Shown here piece after piece: positions 13,666 through 26,498 of a DNA stretch of 64,000 nucleotides. This DNA comes from Chiloscyllium plagiosum (taxonomy: Eukaryota), in assembly GCF_004010195.1 (NCBI RefSeq), contig NC_057755.1, forward strand, positions 8,193,082 to 8,257,081, read 5' to 3'. The first letter of the stretch is position 1. The number at the start of each line of letters is the position of its first letter. Below the pieces are notes generated by a model that worked only from the letters and a program-made list of their open reading frames with translations, was not told where the DNA came from and ran no database searches. The translations under genes were made by a program, and so were the position numbers.

Positions 13666-14576
13666 TCATCTGCATTTATTCTTAACGTTCAGAACAAATA
13701 ATGTGACTGGATATCTCAAAGCATGCATAACCTGCTGTCTGAACTTGGGCTGAGTTGCTACATAAATGCAAGTGTTTGAACAGCAACTGACACTCCGCAA
13801 TATAAATCCGAGTTTTCTGAAAGTATACAAGAATCCATGATAATCTATTGTATTTGACCTTGCTAGACTGTAATAACCGAAATTGATAACAATTACTGAC
13901 CACAGAAGTATGAAGCTGCCAGAAATGGTAAAGAGTAAAATGACAGACTTCCTTCTGCTCTCCATCTCTGGGTCTCTGTGATTTTTTCCCTTGCTCTGCC
14001 CCTTGAGTCCCTGACGGATTCGTCTGCTCACCAATATCTGTCTGGCTGTCACAGCATTGAGGACCAAAATTAAAATGAAAGGAAGAAATGGAGTTAAAAC
14101 TTTATCAAACCATTCAAATCCGACCCATCTTGGATCTGTAAAGAACACTGACTTCAACTTACAAAACCATGATACATTGTCAATTATGTGAACAGGTTCA
14201 AACTGAAAATAGGCAGGGATGTTTTCTAAACAGAGCAGAATACTAATAGTTGTTGGAACCACAGCTGCAGTTTTATCAGTGCAATATTTGTTTTTCAGTT
14301 TATGGCAACAAATGGCTACAAAACGATCGAAGGAGAAAGCAACAGTGAACCACACAACACAGTCTGTGGCGGTACGAGCCAATGCACCAATGACACTACA
14401 CACTGGGGTAATGTGCAGGAACGACACTAGTACATAATAATAATTAATCTTCTGTAATATGACATCTGTGACAATGAGCAGCATATCAGCCGTTGCCATG
14501 GCCACCAGGTAACGAGTAGTGCAGATGGAGAGGCCACATTTATTCAGAGACAGGATCACAATCGCCAGTACATTCA
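13666..14576 (-). CDS. Exon 2 of an intact class A (rhodopsin-like) GPCR, chondrichthyan GPR139-like family; 325 aa when spliced to exon 1
   Basis: Open frame with hydrophobic TM segments, N in TM1, MATADML in TM2, TM3 Cys and FSFDRFVAIC (DRY variant), ECL2 Cys, PFLPF in TM5 and CCSNTCIY (NPxxY variant). Acceptor TCTCTTCTCTGTCTTACAG|TG at 14577/14576, phase 1. Confidence 0.9.
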
Positions 14577-14899
14577 CTGTAAGACAGAGAAGAGAATAGA
14601 GAGTGGATATTAATTGATCAAACTTTCTGGTTTTCACCACAGAGAGTAACAACAGGAAGAGTCATTGGATCCTCTCTGCAATGATAACTCCTGTAAAAGT
14701 ACCAGCATTTTTGATTCAATGATTTTTTAAAGAAGTAAACAATCAATGTTTTTCTCATATCTTCTTTGACAACAGCTATTTCTTCAGATTGGAGGAGAAA
14801 TTTCATTTCATCGAGTAGCTGATCTGTATTAGTATGGGCAAAGGTTTATTCAGATGCACTCATGTGTAATTTCTTAAACAATTTATACTCAAACCTGAC

Positions 14900-16800
14900 C
14901 ATGTACAATGTGACTATTATCCCATTTATCAACTAATGAATAACTGAAAGGCTACCTTAATCTCTGCCAAAAGAGTCTGAGCAGCCCCTTTGATCCTTAG
15001 CGTAGTGATCGAATACATTGCATCATTTGAGGTGAAAGAAGTTCATTTTAGACGAAATGAAACCTATGTATCTTTCAGCTACCTTATCCACTTCATCTTT
15101 TCACATAGCACTGTACATATTTGATTCTAAAGTTGTAGCTAAAGCGAGTGTTCAATCTATGGCATTTGCTATTTGATTTTCCTTTGCAGACGTATTCCTG
15201 CATGTCCCAAAAACTCCCATGGGCTTGGTTCACAACTTGAAGCATTCAGAAAGAAGTTATCTATCTTTATTACAAAGGATATGATCAGGCATTAGACGTT
15301 TTAAACATTCCACCGTATGTTTATTTCATTGTGATATAACAGGAATATGTAGGAGGTTTCCAGATGTCCTCACATTACCCCACTGCCTTTCCTCCCTTTC
15401 ACTCTCCTATCTTTTAATTGCATTGAGTTTATGAGATTGAACTCGAAAATGTTTAGTTTTAAGAATCAGTCCAAATCATTGGCTATTACTCCTGTCTCGG
15501 AGAAAGTAAAGATTGCAAATACTTTTGACATCAGAATCAAAACGTGTGGTGCTGGAGTGGCACAGCTGGTTAGCTAGCATCTGAGGAGCAGGAGTGTCGA
15601 CATTTGCAGCATAAGCTCTTCACATATTCCTAATGAAGAGCTTATGCTCGAAACATCGACTGTCCTGCTCCTCGAATGCTGCCTGACCGGCTGTGCTTTT
15701 CCTGCGTTACACATTACTACTGTCTGCCTAGCATTTGCAACTCTTCTTCAACATAGGTTCTTATGATAAAATGTAGAGTTTTTTAAAAAATTCTTCCAAA
15801 ACAAAAATTAGTCTAAGTGCTTCATATGTAATCGCACCCCCTAACAGTCACATCCAGAATCCAAATCTCTTTGTTTAAGTTGTCCATACTCCATATGGGT
15901 TTCTCGAGGTGGTTCCCTGAAATTCTGGAACTTTGTCTCTCTGCCTCAAAAGTTTTGACTGTTATGAACCCTGGAAAGCTCTTCTCTTGTACCAACATAA
16001 TCCGGAGGAACCTGCTTTAAGAATGTGGCATCAATTTCTTATCGTTTAACTTTCAGCTTGCATGGACAATATCCAGTTTTCCTTTCAGCGAATTCATTTG
16101 GTTTTACATTTTCTGTAAAAGATATAAAAATGTCTCTGCGTCCTTTTCATACACTTTTGTAAGTCTTGTACAAATATAAACGTTTCCTTAAAGATTGTAG
16201 ATTATGACAAGACTTTGCCCTTTTACAGCCTTTCATTTTGAATGAAAGAAAATTAATACATCATTCCGATCTTAATTTCTCTATCTCTTCAGCCTCCAAT
16301 ATTTTGAACATTTTTTCCATTCCACTTTTATTTACATTCTTTTCAATTCTATCTCCAGCGACTTTATTTTTTCCTCATGTTACAGCTACTTCAACAGCAA
16401 CTTAGTGGGACCTGATTCTGCTATCTCTTTACTTGGCGAATCTGATCGTTCTGAATTTCAATATAGTCGAATCTTCTAAACACCGGTAGACAATTCTACA
16501 TCGATGTTATGTGTTAATTTAGTCATTCTTTTTTTTTGTGAGCGAGCGAAGGTCATTTGTTCCTCTTGCAGAAAGTGTTAGCAGTTTTTAAATGCCAAAA
16601 TTAGACTTTGACATGTCAAAGCGAGTCATACTTTTTTATCTGATTGCAACACAGTCAATGCTACACCCTAACCGTATCTTCTTTTTATTCCAAAGCTACT
16701 TCCATCAAATAGACTTGAATCGCTGTCATGCATGACCGGGTAATATATTGGAAATCAAGTTCTACTATTCTCAGAGAAAGCACAAATATGAAGAACTTCA
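14900..16800 (-). mobile_element. Highly decayed Gypsy (Gmr1-like) internal fragments inside the GPCR intron
   Basis: The reverse complement gives gag-like YEKDAETFLYLLQK (~16100-16160) and TYEALRLIFVLEEF (~15780-15830), similar to the gag at 41870-42230. Confidence 0.5.
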
Positions 16801-17560
16801 GTAAAATTATCCAATTCCATCTATTTTGCTAACTGCTGGTCTCAGTTTAAAGAAAAAAAAACTTTCACCAGGTTTCTGTATTTAACAAGGAAACATCAAT
16901 TTAATAAGAGCAAATTGCCTTTTACAGAAGGCAATAAAGCAATATGGATTGCTAACGCAAAACTGCACAACCTCAACTCTACCCCAGCCTACACTCCCAA
17001 TTTCGCAAACAGGCATATCGAGATAGACACTACCCGAATATGAAGGGAAAATAAAATAAATTTGAAGAAATATAGTTACATTGCACCAGTCTGGACCAAT
17101 TTTCTCTTCTTTCAATTTCTTTTTAGAGATTTTCTCTCCTGTTGATACAAAGTTGTTTGCACACCAATGATACCTTTTATTCAGTGATTGAGAATTTGTT
17201 GTTTCACTGCATTTGAAAGTGCTTTATTCTTCCGGAAATGGGAGTTTGCAGATGAAAAGCATCGGAAGCTTTTACAGTACTGCTTCTATGCACGCGCGAA
17301 CATACACACATACAGGCACTCACATTAACAGACACACACGCACACACCCAAATACACACACACAAACTATTTTTTGACGTTTCTGTTTGTCGGCTGGTGT
17401 TTCTCTGGTGCACTGCGCCCAGACATTTATGTAAAAAAGGTCAGAATTGTTGCAATGGTGGTGGTAACAAGTTTAGCATGTGGCAATGAAAATCACATAG
17501 GGAAAATACAAACTGACTCACCAACGCGCTTACACAATTTGGGTTGTAGTTGCTACCTAC

Positions 17561-17627
17561 CAGGAACACCAATTATAGCCAACATCAGGTTGAACACTTT
17601 CTCAATATGGTCAATAAGAAGGTCCAT
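17561..17627 (-). CDS. Exon 1 of the GPR139-like GPCR
   Basis: ATG GAC CTT ... GTT CCT G|GTAGGT encodes MDLLIDHIEKVFNLMLAIIGVP. The phase-1 splice to 14576 restores GVPVNVLAIVIL (TM1). Confidence 0.85.
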
Positions 17628-17713
17628 CGGCTGTTCTAAATTTTCTGCTCCTTCGTGTTTCAGGCTTTCAGTCAGAATTGCAGTTAGCTATGATATGTTC
17701 TCCTCCTCTCTAA

Positions 17714-17719
17714 TTTATA
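17714..17719 (-). promoter_or_regulatory. Candidate TATA box of the GPCR gene
   Basis: TATAAA on the minus strand about 87 bp upstream of the ATG at 17627. Confidence 0.4.
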
Positions 17720-18079
17720 CGCTCTCGGATCTCTGTGGGGAACACTAGATATTGCAACCTAGCTTTTTTTGGCAAACTGAACAAACAGATGACGATACTG
17801 AGTCAATTCCCTATTGAAATACATCGCTTTGAGCCAGATGCTTAACTATACAAATCAAACCACAAGAAGTACACAACAGAAACTGGAAACAGTTATTTGT
17901 GAGGAATGCTTGCTCTCAGTCAAACACAACCTTTCACCCTTCATGAAGAACAAGGTGTATTTCATTATTGCCTTTATTTCTTAGCGACCAAATTCCATAT
18001 ATCTGTGTCTGTGTTGTTTTCTTAGTCTGGTGGGAAACAACAGATAAATAGTTAAAATTGATTATGTATGACTATTCAT

Positions 18080-18520
18080 TGCAGAATGATAGAAGTCTAT
18101 AGTGCAGAAGGAGATCATTTACCACTTTATGTCTTGAAAGAGTTACCTATTTAATCCCATCATTCAGTTTTACTGCTGTAGACCTCTAAACTCGTCATTT
18201 TCAAATATATATCCAGCTCTATTTTGAAACGTCCTTTGTAATGTACATCCACCACTGTCACAGGCAGCGCATTACAAATGTTAACAACGTTTTGAGTAAA
18301 GATGTTTCTCCTCATCTCATTCGTAGCTTCCTTGTTGCTAATCTTGAATTTATGATCCCTAAATAGTGACTCATGAACTCGTGGAAACAAAACATCATTC
18401 TTGACAATGTAGATTTTCCTTATAAATTTGGACACCTCAACAAGATCACATCTTCATCTTTTCTCCTCTGAAGAGAATAAACCCAATATCACAAATCTTT
18501 CATTGTGCCTGAAACCCTTC
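18080..18520 (-). mobile_element. Old CR1 3' fragment
   Basis: ORF 18160-18435 contains RRNIFTQNVVNICNALP..FKIELD. Confidence 0.7.
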
Positions 18521-19384
18521 ATTCAACTAACAATTCAAAAATTCAATAGACCGAGCATTTCAAAACAAAGTCAGCAATCTAAAACCTAACCTCAACATGT
18601 CAAGGAAATTCTGAATCTTGTTTAAAGCAAGGGACAATGAAAATCTGAATAATCACTCTCAGCAATATACCCCCACCCAGAAGAGTCAAGACACTCCAAC
18701 TGATGCATTCCTATCGAATGCAAATAATCATTGAAAGTTACTCGGGACCTTCACGAGAATCAGAGCCTTAAGTTAAAACAAATCACAACATTGTGTAGTG
18801 CAGAAAGAGAACATTCCGCCCACTAATCCTATACTATTTCTATCCTCAGTGCCTATCTCCTCCGTTTTCTACACATTACTGTAGATTATTTCTATGTGAA
18901 TAATCATCCGTTGTCTCTCTGCATCAATAAAACAAGCCTCACCACATTTCACGCTTTAACCATTCACTCTGCAGAAACGTTTCTCCTCATGTCACCCTCG
19001 CTTCGTTTGCAGATCACCTAACTCTTGTTTTCGTTGTTTTTACATTTGGGAAATGTGTCTTCCTCTCAACTATCTGTAGCCCGCTATCACATCACTATGA
19101 TAAACACATTGAAAGTAACAATTCCCTGAGAATAAAGCAGAAGTTCAGACGTGCAATCAGACAACTCAGAGATCAATGTCAAGAGGCACATTTTGCTGCA
19201 ATATTTTGTACAGCTTACTGCTGGATTTCTCACTTCTCCATTTTGTTTTTTTTAACGATTCAGGAGCATGGGAAGACCATTCAGCGCCTCTAGCCTGTTA
19301 TCACATGCAATTTGATACAATCGACATTGCCAGCTGAGCCCCTCTACCTGGATTCGCTCACTCTCGTAAAAAAATACGATAATC

Positions 19385-20570
19385 TTAGTCATAGAGTCAA
19401 AGTGTCATAGAGATGTACAGCATGGAAACAGACCATTCGGTCCGACCCGTCCATGCCGACCAGATATCCCAACCCAATCTAGTCCCACCTGCCAGCACCC
19501 GGCCCATATCCCTCCAAACCCTTCATATTCATATACCCATCCAAATGCCTCTTAAATGTTGCAATTGTACCAACCTCCACCACATCCTCTGGCTGCTCAT
19601 TCCATACACGTACCACCCTCTGCCTGAAAAAGTTGTCCCTTAAGCCTCTTTTATATCTTTCCCTCTCACACTAAACCTATGCCCTCTAGTTCTGGACCCC
19701 CCCGACCCTAGGGAAAAGACTTTGCCTATTTATCCTATCCATGCCCCTCATAATTTTATAAATCTCTGTAAGGTCACCCCTCAGCCTCCTACGCTTCAGG
19801 GAAAACAGCCCCAGCTTGTTCAGCCTCTCCCGAAAGCTCAGATCCTCCAACTCTGGCAGCGTCCTTGTAAATCTTTTCTGAACCCTTTCAAGTTTCACAA
19901 CATCTTTCCGATAGGAAGGAGACCAGAACTGCATGCAACATTCCAACAGTGGCCTAACCAATGTCCTGTACAGTCGCAACATGACCTCCCAACCCTTTCA
20001 AGTTTCACAACATCTTTCTGATAGGAAGGAGAGACAGTACAGAACATAGAACAGCACAGCTTCGTAACAGGCCTGATGGTTGCAATGTCTGTTCTCACCG
20101 TGATGCCTTCCTAAGCTAACCACATCTACCTGCAGGTGCTCCACACCTGTCTATTACCAGCCTGTTCATATATCTGTCGACATGCCTCCTAATTATTGTT
20201 AACATATCTGATCCTACCCCCCTGCATTAGCAGCACAGAGCTGGCATCTACCAACTTCTGTGTAAATGTCCTGACTCACACATCTACTGTAAATATTCTC
20301 CATCTCACCTCAAACTTGTGTCCCCAATATATTTGACATTTCTACCCTAGGAATAATCCGACTCTCCAATTATGCTTCTCATGATTCCATATTCTTCTAT
20401 CAGGTCAGTCCCTTCGCCTCAGATGCTCCAGCTAAAACAATCAAAACTTTACATCTTCTCCTGATTGTTTATATGCTGAAATCCAGGTAACGCCCAGGTA
20501 AGCATCTTATGAGCCCTCTCAAAAGCCTGCACATCCTTTATATAGTGTGACAACCAGAACTCCACACAAC
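19385..20570 (-). mobile_element. Two adjacent CR1 3' fragments (younger 19385-20030, older 20030-20570)
   Basis: LYRTLVRPLLECCMQFWSP..LERVQKRFTR..RRLRGDL. 3' tail of CTATGA-type repeats at ~19390-19412. Confidence 0.85.
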
Positions 20571-20899
20571 ATGAATAAGAATGAAGGTCTTCCTGGAGTA
20601 AACCTCGCCAAATGTGCAGAATTCTTTGAGTGAAGGATGTCCCCTCACTGCAAAGTAGTCAACCCATTATCCTGAGACTGGAAACCAGTGCTTTTTATTC
20701 CTCTACGTTATGGCCGTGAGAAGTGGACATTAACAACGGCAATCAATGTTGACACAATGAAAGCCATTGCGACAAAAAGGAATGGAAATAGAGGAGAACA
20801 ATTCACATGTTAAAGAAGGTTTCAGCTAGTGTTGGGAAATGGAAGAAAGGATACAGGGAGGGGGAATCACTCCTCAAGTCACTGAAGGGACATGGTGGG

Positions 20900-21780
20900 G
20901 TCAGGTCAGAAGTCTGGATGTTCACCAATAATTTGACAATGCATCATCCCATTCGCAGCCCCTCAAATACTGAAGCAGGCCATGTTCAAATGCAACAAGA
21001 TCTGGACAATGTCCAGGCTGAATCTGACACTTGGCATGCAAGATTAATACCACACAAAGACAATCTCAAAGAATACGCAATCTAACCAAGGTTATTTCAA
21101 TGATGTTGCCATCACTGAATCCCCCAATATCAGAAACGTTGAGGTTAACATTGACTAGAATCTGAAATGCACATATCATAAATTACACTGTCTACACATA
21201 ACGTCAGATATAAGGAATCCTGCAGCGGGTCAATCACCTGCTGACTCCCCAAAGACTGTCCAACATTGACAATAAGTCAGGCTTGTGTTGGAACACCCCC
21301 TGCTTTACTGGATGAGTGCAGTTACAACAAGAAGCTTGATACTATCCCGAGAAACGCATCCTGCATGATTGACAAATCATCCCTAAACACACGTTCAATC
21401 CATCACTGCTGCTGAGTAGCAGGAGTGTGTACTAGTTGAATATGCATTGCAGAAAATCACCAAAGTTCCTGAAACAACAACTTTTGAATCCACAGCCATT
21501 CTATCTAGAAGGAAAAGGGCAGCAAATACATGAAAACAAGACCCCTTGCAAGTTCACCTCCGAGCCAATCACTGTATTTACTTTCGAAATATATAATTGT
21601 TTCTTCAGTGTTGCAGGGTCAAAATTTTTGAATTTCCTTCCTATGGGCATTGTCGGAAAGCCTACATCACATGAAGTGCATCAGTTCAAGAAGGCAGCTC
21701 ATCAGTACCTTCTGATGGGTAAAAGGCATGGACAACAAATGCTGGTCCAGCCAGTGACATATGTATCCCATTTATGAACA
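20900..21780 (+). mobile_element. Old CR1/L2-group LINE 3' fragment
   Basis: MFTNNLTM..MQQDLDNVQA. Same family as the element at 130-1100. Confidence 0.65.
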
Positions 21781-22229
21781 AAACAAAAGCCAGGGAGATG
21801 AGAGCAGAGAAACAGAGAAGACATTACTTCCCAATTTCTTTGCAGGGATGAGTAACATCTGAGGAGAGGGGTAAGACGGAGATATAAGGAGGGTCTACTC
21901 ACCATATTACAGACAAAAGAAACACCATTTCACTTTGTAATGCAATCGTCTTATCTTCATTCTCTCCAGCAAAGAAATTGACGGAAAACTGAAAAAGAGT
22001 AATTGACCCGAAATGATAAATATGCTTTCTGTCTCCACAAATATGCTGCGAGAACTCTGATTTTATTCCAGCAATGACCAGTTCTGTTTAAGAGATTGAG
22101 TATCTCTGCCCAATTTTGAAAAAGAAAAATCATGAAGCGTAAAGTCATACGAAATGCTAATTGCAATCAAGAATGCTAGATCTGCGGAAAACAGCTTGTG
22201 TCTTAAATCTTTTTTTAAAAATCGTGTGG

Positions 22230-24365
22230 TCAATAGACAATAGACAATAGGCAATAGGTGCAGGAGTAGGCCATTCTGCCCTTTGAGCCAACACCACCAT
22301 TCATTATGATCATGGCTGATCATCCTCAATCAGTATCCCGTTGTTGCCTTTTCCACACAACCCTTGATTCCACTATCCTTAAGAGCTCTATCCAACCCTT
22401 TCTTGAAAGTGTCCAGAGACTTGGTCTCCACAGCCTTCTGGGGCAGAGCATTCCATATAGCCACCACTCTCTGGGTGAAGAAGTTTCTCCTCAACTGTGT
22501 TCTCAGTGGCCTACCCCTTATTTTTAAACTGTATCTTCTTGTTTGGGACTCACCCATCAGCGGAAACATGCTTCCTGCCTCCAGAGTGTCCAATCCTTTA
22601 ATAATCTTTTACGTCTCAAGCAGATCTCCTCTCAGCCTTCTAAACTCAAGCATATACAAGCCCATATATTACGCTCCAATCTTTCAGCGTAAGATAGTTC
22701 CGCCATTCCGGGAATTGAACTCGTGAACCTACACTGCACTCCCTCAATAGTCAGAATGTCTTTCCTCAAATTTGGTGCGGTCTCACCAGCGCCCTGTACA
22801 GTTACAGAAGCACCTCTTTGCTTCAATGCTCAATTCCTCTTGTTATGAAGGCCAGTATGCTATTAGCTTTCTTCACTGCATGCTGTATTTGCATGCTTGC
22901 GTTCATTGACTAATGTACAAGAACACCTAGGTCTCGTTGTAGTGCCCCTTTACCCAACTTGACTCCATTTAGGTAGTAATCTGACTTCCTGTTCTTGCCA
23001 CCAAAGTGGATAACCACGCATTTATCCACATTAAATGCATCTGCCATGTATCTGTCCACTCACCTAGCCTGTCCAGGACACACTGTATTCTCCTAACATC
23101 CTTCTTACATTTCACCATGCCATCCAGATTTGTGTCATCAGCAAATTTGTTAATATTACTTTTAATACCTTAATCTATATAATGAATGTACAATGTAAAA
23201 AGCTGCAATCCCAACACTGATCCCTGCGGCACGTCACTGGTCACCACCTGCCATTCCAAAAGGGATCCGTTTATCACTACTCTTTGTTTCCTGTCAGCCA
23301 ACCAATTTTCAATTCATGTTAGTATTTTGTCCTAATACCATATGCACTAATTTTGCTTACTAACCTTATATGTGGGACTTTATCAAAGGTTTTTTGAAAG
23401 TCCAGGTATACTACATCCACTGAATCTCCCTTGTCCATCTTCAAATTCACATCCTCAAAAAATTCCAGAAGATTAGTCGAGCATGATTTCCTCTTCATAA
23501 AGCCATGCTGACTCTGACCTATCCTGTTACTGCTATCCAGATATGTCGTAATTTCGTCCTTGATAATTGACTCCAGCATTTTTCCCACCACTGAGGTCAG
23601 ACTAACAGGTCTATAATTCTCTGTTTTCTCTCTGCTTCCTTTCTTAAAAATTGAGACAACATTAACCACCCTCCAATCCGCATGAACTGATCCTGAATCT
23701 ATAGAACATTGGGAAATGATCACCAATGCATCCACAATTTCTAGAGCCACCTCCTTCAGTACCCTGGGATGCAGACCATGAGGTCCCGGGGACTTCTCAG
23801 CCTTCAGACCTAACAATCTCTCCAACATCATTTCCTGCCTAATATAAATTCCCTTCAGTTCAGGTCCTTCAGTCACTATTACATCTGAGAGATTGCTCGT
23901 GTCTTCCCCAGTGAAGACAGATCTAAAGTACCAATTCAACTCTTTTGCCATTTCTTTGTTCCCCGTAAAAAAATCACCCGTTTCTGTCTTCAAGGGCCCA
24001 ATTTTAGTCTTAACCATTTTTTCTTTTCACATACCTAAAAAAAGCCTTTACTATCCTTCTTTATATTGTTGGCCAGTTTACCTTCGTACCTTATTTTCTC
24101 TTTGCGTATTTCCTTTTTAGTTATCCTCTGTTGTTCTTTAAAAGCTTCCTGGTCCTCCGATTTCCCACTCAGCTTTGCTATGGTATACTTTTTCCCTTTT
24201 CCCTTTATATGGTCCTTTACGTCCCTCGTCAGCCACGGCCATCCTTGCCTCCCCTTAGGATCTTTCTTCCTTTTTGGAATGAACTGATGCTGCATCTTCT
24301 GCATTATACCCAGAAATATCTACCATTGTTGTTCCACTGCCGTCCCTGCTAGGGTATTGTACCCA
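22230..24365 (-). mobile_element. 5'-truncated CR1 LINE (ORF2 RT region)
   Basis: KSPGPHGLHPRVLKE, NYRPVSLTSVVGK, QHGF, VYLDFQKTFDKVPH. 3' tail of CTATTGT repeats at 22231-22257. Confidence 0.9.
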
Positions 24366-25349
24366 TAGGGTCACAAATATGATATTAACACTGCTAAATC
24401 CGCATGCATTCTGCCCTACTGCATGTAATGTCTTCTTTCTACAAACTGATATTCAGATCAGCCTCTGTTCTGAAAGTTCATAGCCACATTCTCATTCCTA
24501 TTTTCCTGTCTAGACCCATTGTGACTCCAGAAGTACAGCAATGGTGAAACTCTCTTCTGGACTGCGGTAGCGAGCCACTCATTCACATAAAATATTGCAA
24601 GACAGTCCATTTGTGCAATTAAGAAAAACAGCAGTCTTACAAATTAAACTGTGGGATCCTTTACTTCAGAGAAGACACTTGCCATCGTCACTTGTCAAAT
24701 AACGCAGCATAGGCACAGCAGTGCCCTTCTGTGTTTCTTCACCAACGATCTCAGTTCATGTCCATTGTGTTAACTCATATATTAAAAAATAATCACTTCA
24801 TGTCAAATCAATATTTATTGCTCAGACCACACTTCCACACAATTATTTTTGGATCAGAACAGTTTGACGTTAAGAACCACTCTCTTCATCGCTCATGTAC
24901 ACGTTCAATCAATTATCTTCCATCACCTAGAATGTCTGGAATCTTGCTATTGACAACACAACGGAAGAGCTGAAAGTGAGGACTGCAAATGCTGGAGATT
25001 CGAGTCAAGTTTAGAGTGGTTCTGGAAAAGCGCAGCAGTTTAGGCAGCATCCGAGGAGCAGGAAAATCGACGGTTCGGGCATAAGCCCTTCATCCACGAA
25101 GGGCTCCTGCCCGAAATGTCAATCTTCCTTCTCGTCGGATGTTGCCTAACCTGCTGTGCTTTTCCAGCACTTCTCTAATCTGAACGCAATGGGATACTTG
25201 TCATTCTTTATCTAAATTATCCAATCCCACTTGAAATCTGAGCGCTGTTAATAGCACTGACCTATCATCTATTAATTTAAAAAGTCATTAAGAAATATAA
25301 TAATATAGAGCTCACCAAATGGTGTTAGGGCAATGAGAGAGCAAACTAA

Positions 25350-25395
25350 TGTGGTGCATTCAATCAAACGTGCAGAAAAGCTGTCTTCACAGGTG
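25350..25395 (+). promoter_or_regulatory. V-gene promoter motifs: Runx site TGTGGT (25350-25355) and E-box CAGGTG (25390-25395)
   Basis: The same motifs occur at matching positions upstream of the leaders at 40910 and 57872. Confidence 0.5.
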
Positions 25396-25899
25396 TGATT
25401 AGAATCTCTTGACAGATTGAGCCAGTTTTACATAATATGATCATGCCACATAAAGTCTATTATCTCACCTGGATGTTTCCACTGTCTCCAGGTTAGTCAA
25501 AGCCACACCGTGAATGGAACAATATATTGTCAAATGAGCTGTTATTAATTGGGTCATACTCTCCCATCTGGAGTAGAAAGTCATATGCCCGATTCTCACT
25601 CCTGATTCTGGAGTTGGGAATCAAGGCTGATAGTCCACGCACCATTATCTCCCATGGACTTAACTTTATCAAAGTTCAGAACGAGTACAAAATGTTAAAC
25701 GGCATTGTTCTCTTCAGTTGTAGACAAAAATTAAAATGTCGTCCCAGCCCTGGCCTTCCCTGAGCCACATTTCTGTGCAGCTATCATATTTAAGTCACAC
25801 ATTCCCAACCATGGCATGATTCCATCTGGTTTAACTGTCATGCCTCTTGTCCTGATACAAATGCAGTTTAATTCATCAGTCTTATATTGTTCTCTACCT

Positions 25900-26490
25900 T
25901 GTTCTTGATTGCCTTAACTATTCAACTTCCTCCTCTTCTCAACTTCTCAAGCCTTGAACGAATGTCAATCCTCACGATGACTTTGGGTTTGCCCATTCCG
26001 AACCCACGACACCCTGCCTACAAGTTTAAAGCCTAGAGACCTTGGATACTGAACCGCTTCCAATTCAGGCGCAACCCGTCCTGCTGACAAACGTCAATTC
26101 GACACCAGAATACATTCCAACGATCTGAAAATGCGAATCCCTATCCCTGTATCAACTCCTCAGCCATGCATTCATCTGTGCTATTCTCCGACTCCTTCTC
26201 TCACAAGCACATGATTCTGAGCGTAATTCAGATATTAGTGCAGCAGAGGACCAATGTTTTAAACTCCGGCCGAGTTTCCTCTCGTCTCTTGTCAGAACGT
26301 CATTCCATTCAATTCTTATATCATTGATACCAAAGAGTACAAAGACCCCCTGCTGATTTCTCTCCCCTCTGAGAATATTCTAGAACCAGGAAGGAAATGC
26401 ACTATTATAATATCCTGCTGTCGGCTGCAGAAAAATCTATCAGTGCGTCTGACAGAAATCCCTCGTCACCACTGATCACTTGGAATCGGA
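25900..26490 (-). mobile_element. Decayed CR1 ORF1 (esterase) fragment
   Basis: The reverse complement near 26050-26090 encodes DGLRLNWK, matching the DGLHLN motif. Confidence 0.55.
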
Positions 26491-26498
26491 CATATACC

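Noticed and set aside
14577-14652. N-terminal 25 aa of the 328-aa ORF (MLLSVVKTRKFDQ...)
   Set aside because: It starts at a non-ATG codon and runs through a polypyrimidine tract and AG acceptor. It is intron sequence; the real N-terminus is exon 17561-17627.
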